Below are positions 24,213 to 32,000 of a stretch of 32,000 nt of DNA, piece by piece. Both the position numbers and the translations under genes were made by a program. How positions within the stretch are numbered: position 1 is the first letter of the stretch; each line of letters opens with the position of its first letter. The stretch spans positions 979,483-1,011,482 of the forward strand of contig NZ_CP026995.1 in NCBI RefSeq assembly GCF_013407185.1, given 5' to 3'. Source of the DNA: Nitrosopumilus ureiphilus. Its GTDB lineage: Archaea > Thermoproteota > Nitrososphaeria > Nitrososphaerales > Nitrosopumilaceae. The notes beneath the pieces were generated by a model. That model saw only the letters and a list, made by a program, of their open reading frames with translations. It did no database searches and was not told the DNA's origin.

Positions 24213-25304
24213 CTAGGTTACTATCTCGTCTAGCCTGCCTTCTTCTTGAGCTCGTTTTATCTCCATTGCAATTCTTCTGCCGACTCCAAATGTTGTGCCA
24301 TATTGATATTTTGTATAAGGACTTGTTGTTGCAACTATTGGATTTCCTGGCACTCTTAAGGATACATCGTATACAACTAATTCTAAATCTTTTGTAATTA
24401 CACTTTGAAGTGAAAATGGCCCAATAATCCCTGGTGCGTATTCTCTTTTTACAGCTGCCACAAATTTGTCTCCCATCTTTATGACTTTTTCAAGTAGAGA
24501 TTCTCTGATGCTTGCTGGTGTGTGACCAACTTCAATATTTTGTAAATCTACATCAATGTCCATTTGTTGTTTTGCAGGTAGTGCATTATAATCATGAATG
24601 TTCGTCTGTAATCTTCGTTCAATTCCGATAAAATCAACTTGATCTGAAATTGGAGTATGAAAGAAATTGAAATTCATGTATGTTCCAATTGCTAATTCTT
24701 CTATACTTGATTTCTCAAGATCTTTTCTTGAGATAACTCCCTGTTTAATTTTTGCTTCTGATTTTTCTACAAAATCTTTGTATGATGAAACTGTAAAGAA
24801 TGCTCTTTCTAGAGGTCTATTTTTTTCTTGAACTTTGACTATGCATGGTTTGTTAATTTTTTTTGGATCTTTGAATAATTTAGGATATTTTATTCTGGCT
24901 TTTTCTAATAGGTAGTACTGTCCCTTCTTTGCAGTTCTTTCTTCTGCTTGGAATAATTTTCTATTTCCAAAAATAGGCACTTTGAATGAATTTTCAATTG
25001 TTTTGTAACCTAGGTAAACAGTAAGTGATCTATGTGGGACAATGATTGTGTTTGAATCCCGTAACATTTTCTGATTTTTGGCCGAAGCCATATCCTTGAA
25101 TTTATCTAAAATAATTATCTCATCTGCAATCCTGCCAAATCTCTGATATGGTCCCTCTCTACCTTTCTGGCAGAAAACTTTCGTTTGAAAATCTTCATCT
25201 TTTGCACCATCCATTATCTCCAATGCCGAATGGCTTCCTAGAACTCCTATTTTGACATCTGAGTAGTCATTAACTATTTTCTTAATCTCAGAACTTTTAA
25301 TCAC
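24213..25304 (-). CDS. purP: 5-formaminoimidazole-4-carboxamide ribonucleotide (FAICAR) synthetase, archaeal PurP
   Basis: 363-aa ATP-grasp protein. The N-terminal IGVLGSHSALEIMDGAKDE...CQKGRE..YQRF is characteristic of the archaeal PurP family. GTG start. Confidence 0.88.
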   Translation of the reverse strand: MIKSSEIKKIVNDYSDVKIGVLGSHSALEIMDGAKDEDFQTKVFCQKGREGPYQRFGRIADEIIILDKFKDMASAKNQKMLRDSNTIIVPHRSLTVYLGYKTIENSFKVPIFGNRKLFQAEERTAKKGQYYLLEKARIKYPKLFKDPKKINKPCIVKVQEKNRPLERAFFTVSSYKDFVEKSEAKIKQGVISRKDLEKSSIEELAIGTYMNFNFFHTPISDQVDFIGIERRLQTNIHDYNALPAKQQMDIDVDLQNIEVGHTPASIRESLLEKVIKMGDKFVAAVKREYAPGIIGPFSLQSVITKDLELVVYDVSLRVPGNPIVATTSPYTKYQYGTTFGVGRRIAMEIKRAQEEGRLDEIVT

Positions 25305-25419
25305 ATTATGCCTAGTTAGGAGGAGGTAATATAGCTAATTTCCAAGATCGGACAAAATCACAAGATTTTTCCCAAACTGGTGTCTCATTTTAAATGTGTT
25401 ATATCATTTTGAACTCCAA

Positions 25420-25539
25420 ATGGCGGGAGTTATTCTATTTACTGCAATGGCCATAGGTGGAATTTCATTATGGCTTAAACGACGAAGTAATAAGGACTTA
25501 CAAGAATTAACAGACTCTGATACTCCTCAAAATATCTAG
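25420..25539 (+). CDS. Possible single-TM miniprotein (39 aa)
   Basis: My own translation: MAGVILFTAMAIGGISLWLKRRSNKDLQELTDSDTPQNI*. Hydrophobic helix followed by a positive patch. ORF evidence only. Confidence 0.3.
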   Translation: MAGVILFTAMAIGGISLWLKRRSNKDLQELTDSDTPQNI

Positions 25540-25596
25540 TGCCATGCATTCATGCATATCTAATACATAAAATACTGTGCTTTAGAAGATACTTTA

Positions 25597-26154
25597 TTGA
25601 AATTAGTTATTGGGATTACTGGCAGTACTGGTGTTATCTATGGAATAAGAATGCTTGAAACCCTCAAGAAATTAAATATTGAAACACACTTGATAATGTC
25701 TAAGTGGGCTGAAAAATGCATCTCAATGGAGACTGATCATTCTATTGATTATGTACAATCACTTGCATCTAATATTTCTGATGAAAAAAATATGGCATCT
25801 AGTGTTTCTAGTGGAACCCATAAGATTGATGGCATGATTGTGGCCCCTTGCAGTATGAAGACTTTGGCTGCAATTGCAAATGGATATGATGACACGTTAA
25901 TTGCAAGAGCTGCTGGTGTCACAATAAAGGAATCAAGAAAATTAATTTTAATGGTAAGGGAGACTCCTTTGTCTGCAATACATTTAGAAAATATGTTAAA
26001 ACTTTCCAGATTGGGAATTGTAATTTTACCTCCTGTAACTGAATTTTACACAAAACCCAAATCAATTGATGACATTGTAAATCATGGGGTTGGAAAATGT
26101 CTAGACCAATTTGACATAGAGCACAATTTATACCCTCGATGGGGTACATTTTGA
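25597..26154 (+). CDS. ubiX: Flavin prenyltransferase UbiX
   Basis: 185 aa. IGITGSTGVIYGIRMLE, MIVAPCSMKTLAAIANGYDDTLIARAA and RETPL...HLENM motifs are typical of UbiX/Pad1. TTG start. Confidence 0.88.
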   Translation: MKLVIGITGSTGVIYGIRMLETLKKLNIETHLIMSKWAEKCISMETDHSIDYVQSLASNISDEKNMASSVSSGTHKIDGMIVAPCSMKTLAAIANGYDDTLIARAAGVTIKESRKLILMVRETPLSAIHLENMLKLSRLGIVILPPVTEFYTKPKSIDDIVNHGVGKCLDQFDIEHNLYPRWGTF

Positions 26155-26161
26155 ATTACCG

Positions 26162-26590
26162 TTGCCCAAATTTTCTTTACAAAGAATCGTTGATGCAAAA
26201 AGAGAAACTGTTTTTGAAACTTTTTCCAATTTTGAGAATTATTCAAAATTATTTCCACAACACTTTCCATCAATTCGTGTTCGCTCAGTTCGTAATAATG
26301 TCTCAGTAGTAGAAGAATATCTGAATCTTGGTGATAAGGAATTCCTAATCATGGCAAAACATGTATCTGATGCCCCAACATCTCATGATGTTTTTGTGAT
26401 TGGAGGCGATGCAAAAGGAAGCGTCTTCAAAGAAAAATTTCTTGAACTTGAGAATGGAACAAAAATTATTGTTGAAGTTGATTTAAAAATAAAAGGAAAA
26501 TTAAAAATTTCAAGCTTATTTGGGAAAAATAACTATGAGCAAGATTATGGCAAAATTTTAGATGATTTTGTAAAAATTGTTGAAAACTAG
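26162..26590 (+). CDS. SRPBCC (START/polyketide-cyclase-like) domain protein
   Basis: 142 aa. The N-terminal pattern I.A..E.VFE.FSNFENY..LFP is typical of SRPBCC ligand-binding proteins. It lies 7 nt downstream of ubiX. Confidence 0.55.
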   Translation: MPKFSLQRIVDAKRETVFETFSNFENYSKLFPQHFPSIRVRSVRNNVSVVEEYLNLGDKEFLIMAKHVSDAPTSHDVFVIGGDAKGSVFKEKFLELENGTKIIVEVDLKIKGKLKISSLFGKNNYEQDYGKILDDFVKIVEN

Positions 26591-26793
26591 TCTGTTTTTG
26601 ATTCTTTATCTTTAAAGTCTTTGAGTTCCTTTTCTCCTTCGATCTTTCCTTTCTCAAATTCACCTTTAGCTTTACCGAAGGTTTTTGCAAGTTCTGGAAT
26701 CTTCTTTGCGCCAAAAATGAATACTATTGCAATAATGATGATAAAGATCCATTCTTGTCCTGCAATAAAATTTGACAGTCCCATTCCTAACAT
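26587..26793 (-). CDS. tatA: Twin-arginine translocase subunit TatA/E
   Basis: Short TM helix followed by the FGAKKIPELAKTFGKA amphipathic motif. Confidence 0.8.
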   Translation of the reverse strand: MLGMGLSNFIAGQEWIFIIIIAIVFIFGAKKIPELAKTFGKAKGEFEKGKIEGEKELKDFKDKESKTD

Positions 26794-26820
26794 TGTGATC
26801 TTATTTGATTAAATTTGGAT

Positions 26821-27612
26821 TTAAGTGTTCAACTTTTTGCGTTCTTTACGCTCAATAATCGCCATGCCTACACCATAAAGCGCAATCATTGGACCAGCAA
26901 TGAACCACATTGTAACACCGCTTCCATCAGGAGTGATAACAGCTCCGAAGATCACGATTACTACAACTGCATATCTGATATTCTTTCTCCAAAAATCTGA
27001 ATCTACCATACCTGAAACCGAAATTGCATACATTACCAGCGGAAGCTGAAATGAAAAACCAAACGCCAGTAAAAATTGCAATACAAATGTAACAAATTCT
27101 ATGACATTAAGAAAAGTTATCAGGCCTGCGGATTCACCATATCTGTATAAAAAATCCAAAATGTATGGAATTACCAAACTATACGAAAATATACAACCTG
27201 TAATGAATAATCCTAAAGCTGGAAGTGTGATGTTTCTGCTAACGTGAATTTCATTTTCTTTTAATGCTGGCTTGATAAATCCTACCATCTCTTTTACAAT
27301 TACTGGCATTCCAACAACAATTCCCACTAGTGCTGCAATGTACACTTGTGCAAAGAAAGCCTGTCCTGGCGCTGTCTGAATTAACTTGACATCTTCTGGA
27401 ACAAGATTGATTTTCATATGATTGGTAATTTGTGCTGCAATGTTGTTTAGTGGTTCTGGTAAAGGGTAGTAGACTGTAATCCCTCCTACTTGGATGGGCT
27501 CTGCATGAAAAGTCAAAACAAATGCAGTAATTATTCCAATAACTAATACAATTCGAAGTAATCTTTTCCTTAGTTCTTCCAAGTGCTGATTGATACCATC
27601 CAATTCGGACAC
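26821..27612 (-). CDS. tatC: Twin-arginine translocase subunit TatC
   Basis: 263 aa with a six-TM pattern. N-terminal HLEELRKRLL is typical of TatC. Directly upstream of tatA. Confidence 0.9.
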   Translation of the reverse strand: MSELDGINQHLEELRKRLLRIVLVIGIITAFVLTFHAEPIQVGGITVYYPLPEPLNNIAAQITNHMKINLVPEDVKLIQTAPGQAFFAQVYIAALVGIVVGMPVIVKEMVGFIKPALKENEIHVSRNITLPALGLFITGCIFSYSLVIPYILDFLYRYGESAGLITFLNVIEFVTFVLQFLLAFGFSFQLPLVMYAISVSGMVDSDFWRKNIRYAVVVIVIFGAVITPDGSGVTMWFIAGPMIALYGVGMAIIERKERKKLNT

Positions 27613-27642
27613 TGGATGACTTTGTTTTCTAAACTATATCAA

Positions 27643-28110
27643 TTAAGTGGGAATGGGCAACAATTTTGCTTCTGGAAGCCCTGCCTCTTTGAGTTGTTCT
27701 GCGGTAATTCCCTCAAACTCTAAAGAAATAATGGCTTTGGTGTTAAATTTTGATTGCATCTCTTTTGCTAAATCGCTGATGTCTTTAGCAGAATAGATTT
27801 CTTTTGAATCTTTGAGGAATATTCTGTCTCCTTTTTCCATCTCTTTACCGTTGAATTTTCCTTGAAGAAAACTGGTGATTGAAGGGAGTTCTTTTCGGTC
27901 TATATTGTTGTGAAAATAACAAATTCCTTTTACTGACTCATAGTCATAAGCAGTGCCTTTTTTATACATGAAAACACCAATAAATTGAGCCTCATCTTCT
28001 GGCTCTCTAACACATTTGATTTCCCAATTAAGTAAATTATTTTCATCATATGCATATCCGCCTAATTCTTCTGGTGTGATCTTCCAATATCTCATTCTGC
28101 CTTTTGCCAT
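27643..28110 (-). CDS. Hypothetical soluble protein (155 aa) heading the tatC-tatA strand run
   Basis: Clean ORF with an ATG start, 30 nt upstream of tatC. No motif recognised. Confidence 0.65.
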   Translation of the reverse strand: MAKGRMRYWKITPEELGGYAYDENNLLNWEIKCVREPEDEAQFIGVFMYKKGTAYDYESVKGICYFHNNIDRKELPSITSFLQGKFNGKEMEKGDRIFLKDSKEIYSAKDISDLAKEMQSKFNTKAIISLEFEGITAEQLKEAGLPEAKLLPIPT

Positions 28111-28930
28111 TATGCAATATTGTAAATTATTCTGGTATAAATTCCAATATCTACAAGATTGGCAAAATATGACTTGTTTTTATACGAAATCAAAGCAAAT
28201 TTTGCGTGAGCAATAGAATCACTGTTGTATTGAATCCATCAAACGCAGAAAAACTTAAGCATACAATCTAAGATGATAAAGAGCACATCAAAATCTGTCA
28301 TCTTTTCCCATGTGCTAAACTTGGTAGTAAGTCAAGGACTTAAGACATACAAAATATGATCTAAATAATTATTGTCATAGATTAACTCTGTTTCTAATTG
28401 AATGGAATCTGATAAAACAAACCTCCTTTATCCAATTGAGATTGATGATTATCCAAAACTTTTTGATTGTGTTCTCTGTGCAAACGGTTTTTTGCTCTAT
28501 TTTCATACTTTGAAAAGAAATTACATTTTGGGCAAAGATATGACTATGTGAATAATACAATACACTAAGATTATTCTATGTGTATTATGCAACTGCAAAC
28601 AGAAATACCGATGAAGTGTTTTCATGGCATGATACCTGGCATCACTCTAAGATGAAAAAGGAATTTTTGAAAAAGACATGTATCAATCAAAAGAAAATTT
28701 GTAAAGTAACTCACTAATTATAATTAATCCTCCATATCGACCTGGTCTTTATAGAAAATACATAGAGTATGTTAAGAAATTTGAATTCCAAGTACCGATC
28801 CTGGGCTGGTTGTATCTGCAACAATACAAGTCCTCAGAACCGGATACCTGCCAATTATCTCAAAATAAGTATAAAAGCACAAATTTTTTCGGAAGATAGA
28901 TTAACCTCAATTTTAGTTTCCAAATTATTA

Positions 28931-29191
28931 ATGGCAATTTTTAATGTTCATGTAACAATTGAAAACAAACCGGGCATAAGTGACCCTGAAGGTGATACAA
29001 TTCTAAATGATCTGGTTCTTAAAGGAACTCACAAATCAGTTTCAAAAATAAAAACTGCAAAGATGCTAAAGTTCACCATCAAAGAAAAAGACAAAAAATC
29101 TGCTCAATCAAAGGTACAAGAAATCTGTGATGAATTGCGCATCTACAATCCAATGGTTAGCAAAGTAACAATAGATGTCTTTGATGCCTAA
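28931..29191 (+). CDS. purS: Phosphoribosylformylglycinamidine synthase subunit PurS
   Basis: 86 aa from Met 28931 (MAIFNVHVTIENKPGISDPEGDTILNDL...), the PurS signature. The listed 140-aa ORF is an upstream read-through extension. A TATA-like gtataaaag lies at about 28869. Confidence 0.85.
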   Translation: MAIFNVHVTIENKPGISDPEGDTILNDLVLKGTHKSVSKIKTAKMLKFTIKEKDKKSAQSKVQEICDELRIYNPMVSKVTIDVFDA

Positions 29192-29619
29192 GTTTTTTCA
29201 GATTCTAATTTCTCAATAGTTCCATTTATCAAAAGTTTACTTCGTAAAAATTCTGCCAAATTTGTCTGGGTTACGACTCCTACTAATTTTTCATTTTCAA
29301 GTACTATGAGCCTTCTGATGTTATTGTTTAGCATCTTTTGAACTGCATCTTCAATTGCAGAATCTGGGGAAACCCATCTGAATTTTTTTGACATAATTTT
29401 CTCCAAGGATACTGATGATGCTACAAGATCTTCAGCTGCAATTTTTCTTACAATGTCTCTTTCTGAAACTACTCCTGTCGGTTTATTTCCTTCTGTGATC
29501 ACAAGAAAACTGATCTCTTTTTCTCTTAGAATAATTGATGCATCAAGTACTGTTTTGTCAGATTCTACAGTGATTACGTTTTTCTCCATGATGTCTCTGA
29601 CTTGAGTCATGGCGATCAA
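29188..29619 (-). CDS. CBS-pair domain protein
   Basis: 143 aa with two CBS motifs (ISFLVITEGNKPTGVVSERDI; IRRLIVLENEKLVGVVTQTNL). Antisense to, and located between, purS and purQ. Confidence 0.8.
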   Translation of the reverse strand: MIAMTQVRDIMEKNVITVESDKTVLDASIILREKEISFLVITEGNKPTGVVSERDIVRKIAAEDLVASSVSLEKIMSKKFRWVSPDSAIEDAVQKMLNNNIRRLIVLENEKLVGVVTQTNLAEFLRSKLLINGTIEKLESEKT

Positions 29620-29688
29620 GCCATTTGTTCACATAAAAATTTTCTCCGACTCACTTCAAATTAAATATCTGTCATTCTAAAAACAATT

Positions 29689-30369
29689 GTGAAGGTTGGA
29701 ATTATAGTTTTTCCAGGAAGTAATTGTGATCGTGACATGTACCATGTACTAACTGATGTCTTTAATCTTGACGCACAATATTATTGGCATGAGAAATCAC
29801 TTCCAAAAAATATTGATGCTGTTATTCTCCCAGGTGGATTCTCTTATGGAGATAGGCTTCGGGCAGGCGTAATTGCTGCTCATAGTCCAATCATCAAGGA
29901 TGTTCAAAAACTGGCAGAAAAGGGTGTTCCAATTTTAGGTGTATGTAATGGATTTCAAATTCTAGTAGAGTCTGGATTATTACCTGGAGTTTTACTGAAA
30001 AACAAGTCCCTTAATTTTATGTGTGAGTGGACAAATCTGATTGTTGAAAATAACAAAACTCCGTTTACAAATCAGTTTAAACTTCATCAAAAAATTCCAA
30101 TCCCTATAGCTAATGGAGAAGGAAGATATTATGCAGATGGTGATGTCCTAAAACAATTAAAGAAAAAAAATCAAATTGTTTTTAGATACAGCCAAATTGT
30201 AAATGGTTCTACAGATAGAATTGCAGGAGTATGTAATGAAGCAGGAAATGTTGTTGGCATGATGCCTCATCCTGAAAGAGCAGTTGAACCCGAAATTAAT
30301 CCCGTTGATAACAAACCTTCTTCACTAATTTTCGAATCACTTTTAGTAAAAATGGGTGTTAGTAATTGA
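29689..30369 (+). CDS. purQ: Phosphoribosylformylglycinamidine synthase glutaminase subunit PurQ
   Basis: GSNCDRD, GGFSYGD, catalytic GVCNGFQIL and MPHPER motifs. GTG start with a TATA-like aaattaaatat about 25 nt upstream. Confidence 0.92.
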   Translation: MKVGIIVFPGSNCDRDMYHVLTDVFNLDAQYYWHEKSLPKNIDAVILPGGFSYGDRLRAGVIAAHSPIIKDVQKLAEKGVPILGVCNGFQILVESGLLPGVLLKNKSLNFMCEWTNLIVENNKTPFTNQFKLHQKIPIPIANGEGRYYADGDVLKQLKKKNQIVFRYSQIVNGSTDRIAGVCNEAGNVVGMMPHPERAVEPEINPVDNKPSSLIFESLLVKMGVSN

Positions 30370-32000
30370 GTTTAGAATCTCATGAACTATCAGAATTAAA
30401 ATCTAAAATTGGCAGGGACCCAACTTCAACTGAATTACAAATTGTGGCTGCAGAATGGTCAGAGCATTGCTCATACAAATCATCAAAAAAACATCTCAAA
30501 ATGCTACCAATGACAGGATCTCTAGTGATTAATGAAAAAGGGTATGATTCTGGTGTCCTAGATGTTGGTGGAGGTTATGTTGTAACTGCACATATTGAAA
30601 GTCATAACCACCCATCTGCTGTTGAACCGTTTGGAGGGGCAGCAACTGGTGTTGGTGGAGTGATTAGAGATATTTTATCTGCAGGAACAAGGCCTATTGC
30701 AATCTTTGATGGTTTGCGTTTTGGCAATATTGAAAAAGATCAACAAGCAAGATGGCTTTTCAAGAATGCTGTTAGCGGCGTTGCAGCATATGGCAATTGT
30801 TTGGGAATTCCTACAATTGGCGGAGAAGTTGAATTTGATGATTGTTATCAAAACTATGCACTAGTTGATGTTGCAGCCATCGGGTTTGGTAAAAAAGAGA
30901 ATTTGATAAAAAATCATGCACAGAAGGGTGATCTTGTTGTGTTGCTAGGTGGTTCTACTGGTAGGGATGGAATAGGTGGTTCTCAATTTGCTTCTGATTC
31001 GCTAGAGTCTGAGGATCGTTCTGCAGTACAAATTCCTGATCCTTTTATTGAGAAATTAATCATTGAGGCAGTTTTGGAGGCAAGAAACGAGAAACTAATT
31101 CATGCCATGAAAGACCTTGGTGGCGGTGGACTCTCCTGTGCAGTTTCTGAGACTGCAGATGCATTAGACATAGGAATTGAGATGGATGTTCAAAAAGTTC
31201 ACACTCGTGAGTCTGACATGCGTCCTGATGAAATCATGGTTTCTGAATCTCAAGAAAGAATGTTAATTATTACAGATAAAACAAAATTAAAAAAACTGGA
31301 GATCATCTGCAAGAAATTTCATCTCGAATGTTCTGTGATTGGTCATGTCACATCAGATAATCAGATGCATGTAAAAAAAGGTAAAAAGACTTTTGCAAAT
31401 CTTCCAACTGATGTTGTTGCAAATGCCACGTTACTTGATTTGCCATCAAAAAAACCTGAATATCTAAAAGCAATTGAAACAGAAAAAAAACTCAAAACAA
31501 TTTCTAATTATTCTAAAACTCTTTTGAAATTACTTGCTTCATCAAACATAGCAAGTAAGATTTGGGTTTATGGACAATATGATCATGAAGTTGGAATTAG
31601 AACTGTAATAAAACCTGGAGGCGATGCATCCGTTTTAAGATTAGACAATGGAAAATTTCTTTCAGCAAAGATTGATGGAAATCCAAAACAATGTTACATT
31701 AATCCTAGAGAAGGCGCAATAGGCTGCTTTGAAGAGGCATGTAGAAATGTTGTATGCACTGGAGCAAAACCAATTGGAATGCTTGACCATCTTCAATTTG
31801 GAAATCCCAAAGATCCTGAAATCTTTTGGACCTTTTTAGAATCATTAAAAGGATTAACTGATTTTGCTAAAGAGTTTAAGATTCCCTGTGTTGGTGGTAA
31901 AGTGAGTCTCTACAATGAAACTCCTGCTGGACCAATAAAACCGACACCTGTGATTGGTGTTTTGGGACTAATTGATAAAAAACCACTAATCCCTCAAAGG
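30366..32000 (+). CDS. purL: Phosphoribosylformylglycinamidine synthase subunit PurL, 3'-truncated by the window edge
   Basis: Not in the ORF track because there is no stop within the window. TTG at 30366 overlaps the purQ stop (TTGA). The translation LSLESHELSELKSKIGRDPTSTELQIVAAEWSEHCSYKSSKKHL... is the PurL N-terminus, and the frame stays open to nt 32000. Confidence 0.92.
   Translation, partial: MSLESHELSELKSKIGRDPTSTELQIVAAEWSEHCSYKSSKKHLKMLPMTGSLVINEKGYDSGVLDVGGGYVVTAHIESHNHPSAVEPFGGAATGVGGVIRDILSAGTRPIAIFDGLRFGNIEKDQQARWLFKNAVSGVAAYGNCLGIPTIGGEVEFDDCYQNYALVDVAAIGFGKKENLIKNHAQKGDLVVLLGGSTGRDGIGGSQFASDSLESEDRSAVQIPDPFIEKLIIEAVLEARNEKLIHAMKDLGGGGLSCAVSETADALDIGIEMDVQKVHTRESDMRPDEIMVSESQERMLIITDKTKLKKLEIICKKFHLECSVIGHVTSDNQMHVKKGKKTFANLPTDVVANATLLDLPSKKPEYLKAIETEKKLKTISNYSKTLLKLLASSNIASKIWVYGQYDHEVGIRTVIKPGGDASVLRLDNGKFLSAKIDGNPKQCYINPREGAIGCFEEACRNVVCTGAKPIGMLDHLQFGNPKDPEIFWTFLESLKGLTDFAKEFKIPCVGGKVSLYNETPAGPIKPTPVIGVLGLIDKKPLIPQR

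Noticed and set aside
17031-28560. Remaining short antisense or overlapping ORF-track entries: 14555-14740, 15674-15922, 17031-17264, 17700-17942, 20023-20232, 20720-20905, 24200-24397, 25919-26149, 26082-26273, 26466-26714, 26621-26812, 26815-27000, 28016-28216, 28375-28560
   Set aside because: Each lies inside or opposite a gene with strong family evidence (OMT, wHTH operon, membrane protein, TrkH, PurP, UbiX, SRPBCC, TatA, TatC) or in spacer, and each has implausible composition.
28403-28730. Cys/His-containing fragments (FDCVLC...H...) as a further C2H2 zinc-finger gene
   Set aside because: Cys-His spacing is non-canonical in every frame, and a frameshift has to be invoked. It is kept only as part of the unexplained-spacer finding.
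28769-28930. N-terminal 54-aa extension of the purS ORF (listed as 140 aa)
   Set aside because: PurS proteins are about 80-90 aa, and the conserved sequence begins at Met 28931. The extension has no homology-like features, and a TATA-like box lies inside it.
1-32000. CRISPR arrays, rRNA/tRNA genes, IS elements/transposases, integrases and casposon-like Cas1/PolB genes
   Set aside because: I scanned both strands by eye for regularly spaced repeats, GC-rich 70-120-nt islands and large unexplained ORFs. Nothing of these kinds was seen apart from the single GC-rich element at about 24.0 kb.

Overview
AT-rich archaeal chromosomal segment. I infer a Nitrosopumilus-type thaumarchaeon from aEF-2, a TBP fragment, archaeal-type PurP, TATA-like boxes about 25 nt upstream of many start codons, and the general look of the proteins; this was not verified by any search. 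There are three conserved blocks. (1) 1-7.7 kb: the 3' part of aEF-2, a 2H phosphoesterase, and a five-gene LIV-type ABC transporter in an unusual split orientation. (2) 19.2-21.6 kb: a universal stress protein and a CBS-TrkH fusion transporter. (3) 24.2-32 kb: purP, ubiX, an SRPBCC protein, tatA/tatC, purS, an antisense CBS gene, purQ, and the 5' part of purL. Between them, about 7.9-24 kb is accessory-looking. It holds roughly 35 short lineage-specific ORFs: two paralogous wHTH regulators, three RHH/CopG-like miniproteins, two C2H2 zinc-finger miniproteins, zinc ribbons, an orphan PIN-like protein and small coiled-coil paralogs. It also holds three decayed genes: a TBP fragment, a multiply frameshifted internal-repeat gene, and a four-CBS pseudogene. 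The oddest signals are two identical G12 homopolymers, exactly 3750 nt apart and each inside a decayed ORF, and a GC-rich 94-nt nested-helix element at 24011-24104 that matches no RNA class I could recognise. I saw no CRISPR array, rRNA, tRNA, integrase, transposase or capsid gene. No complete novel multi-gene system can be demonstrated from sequence alone; the candidates are listed with explicit tests.
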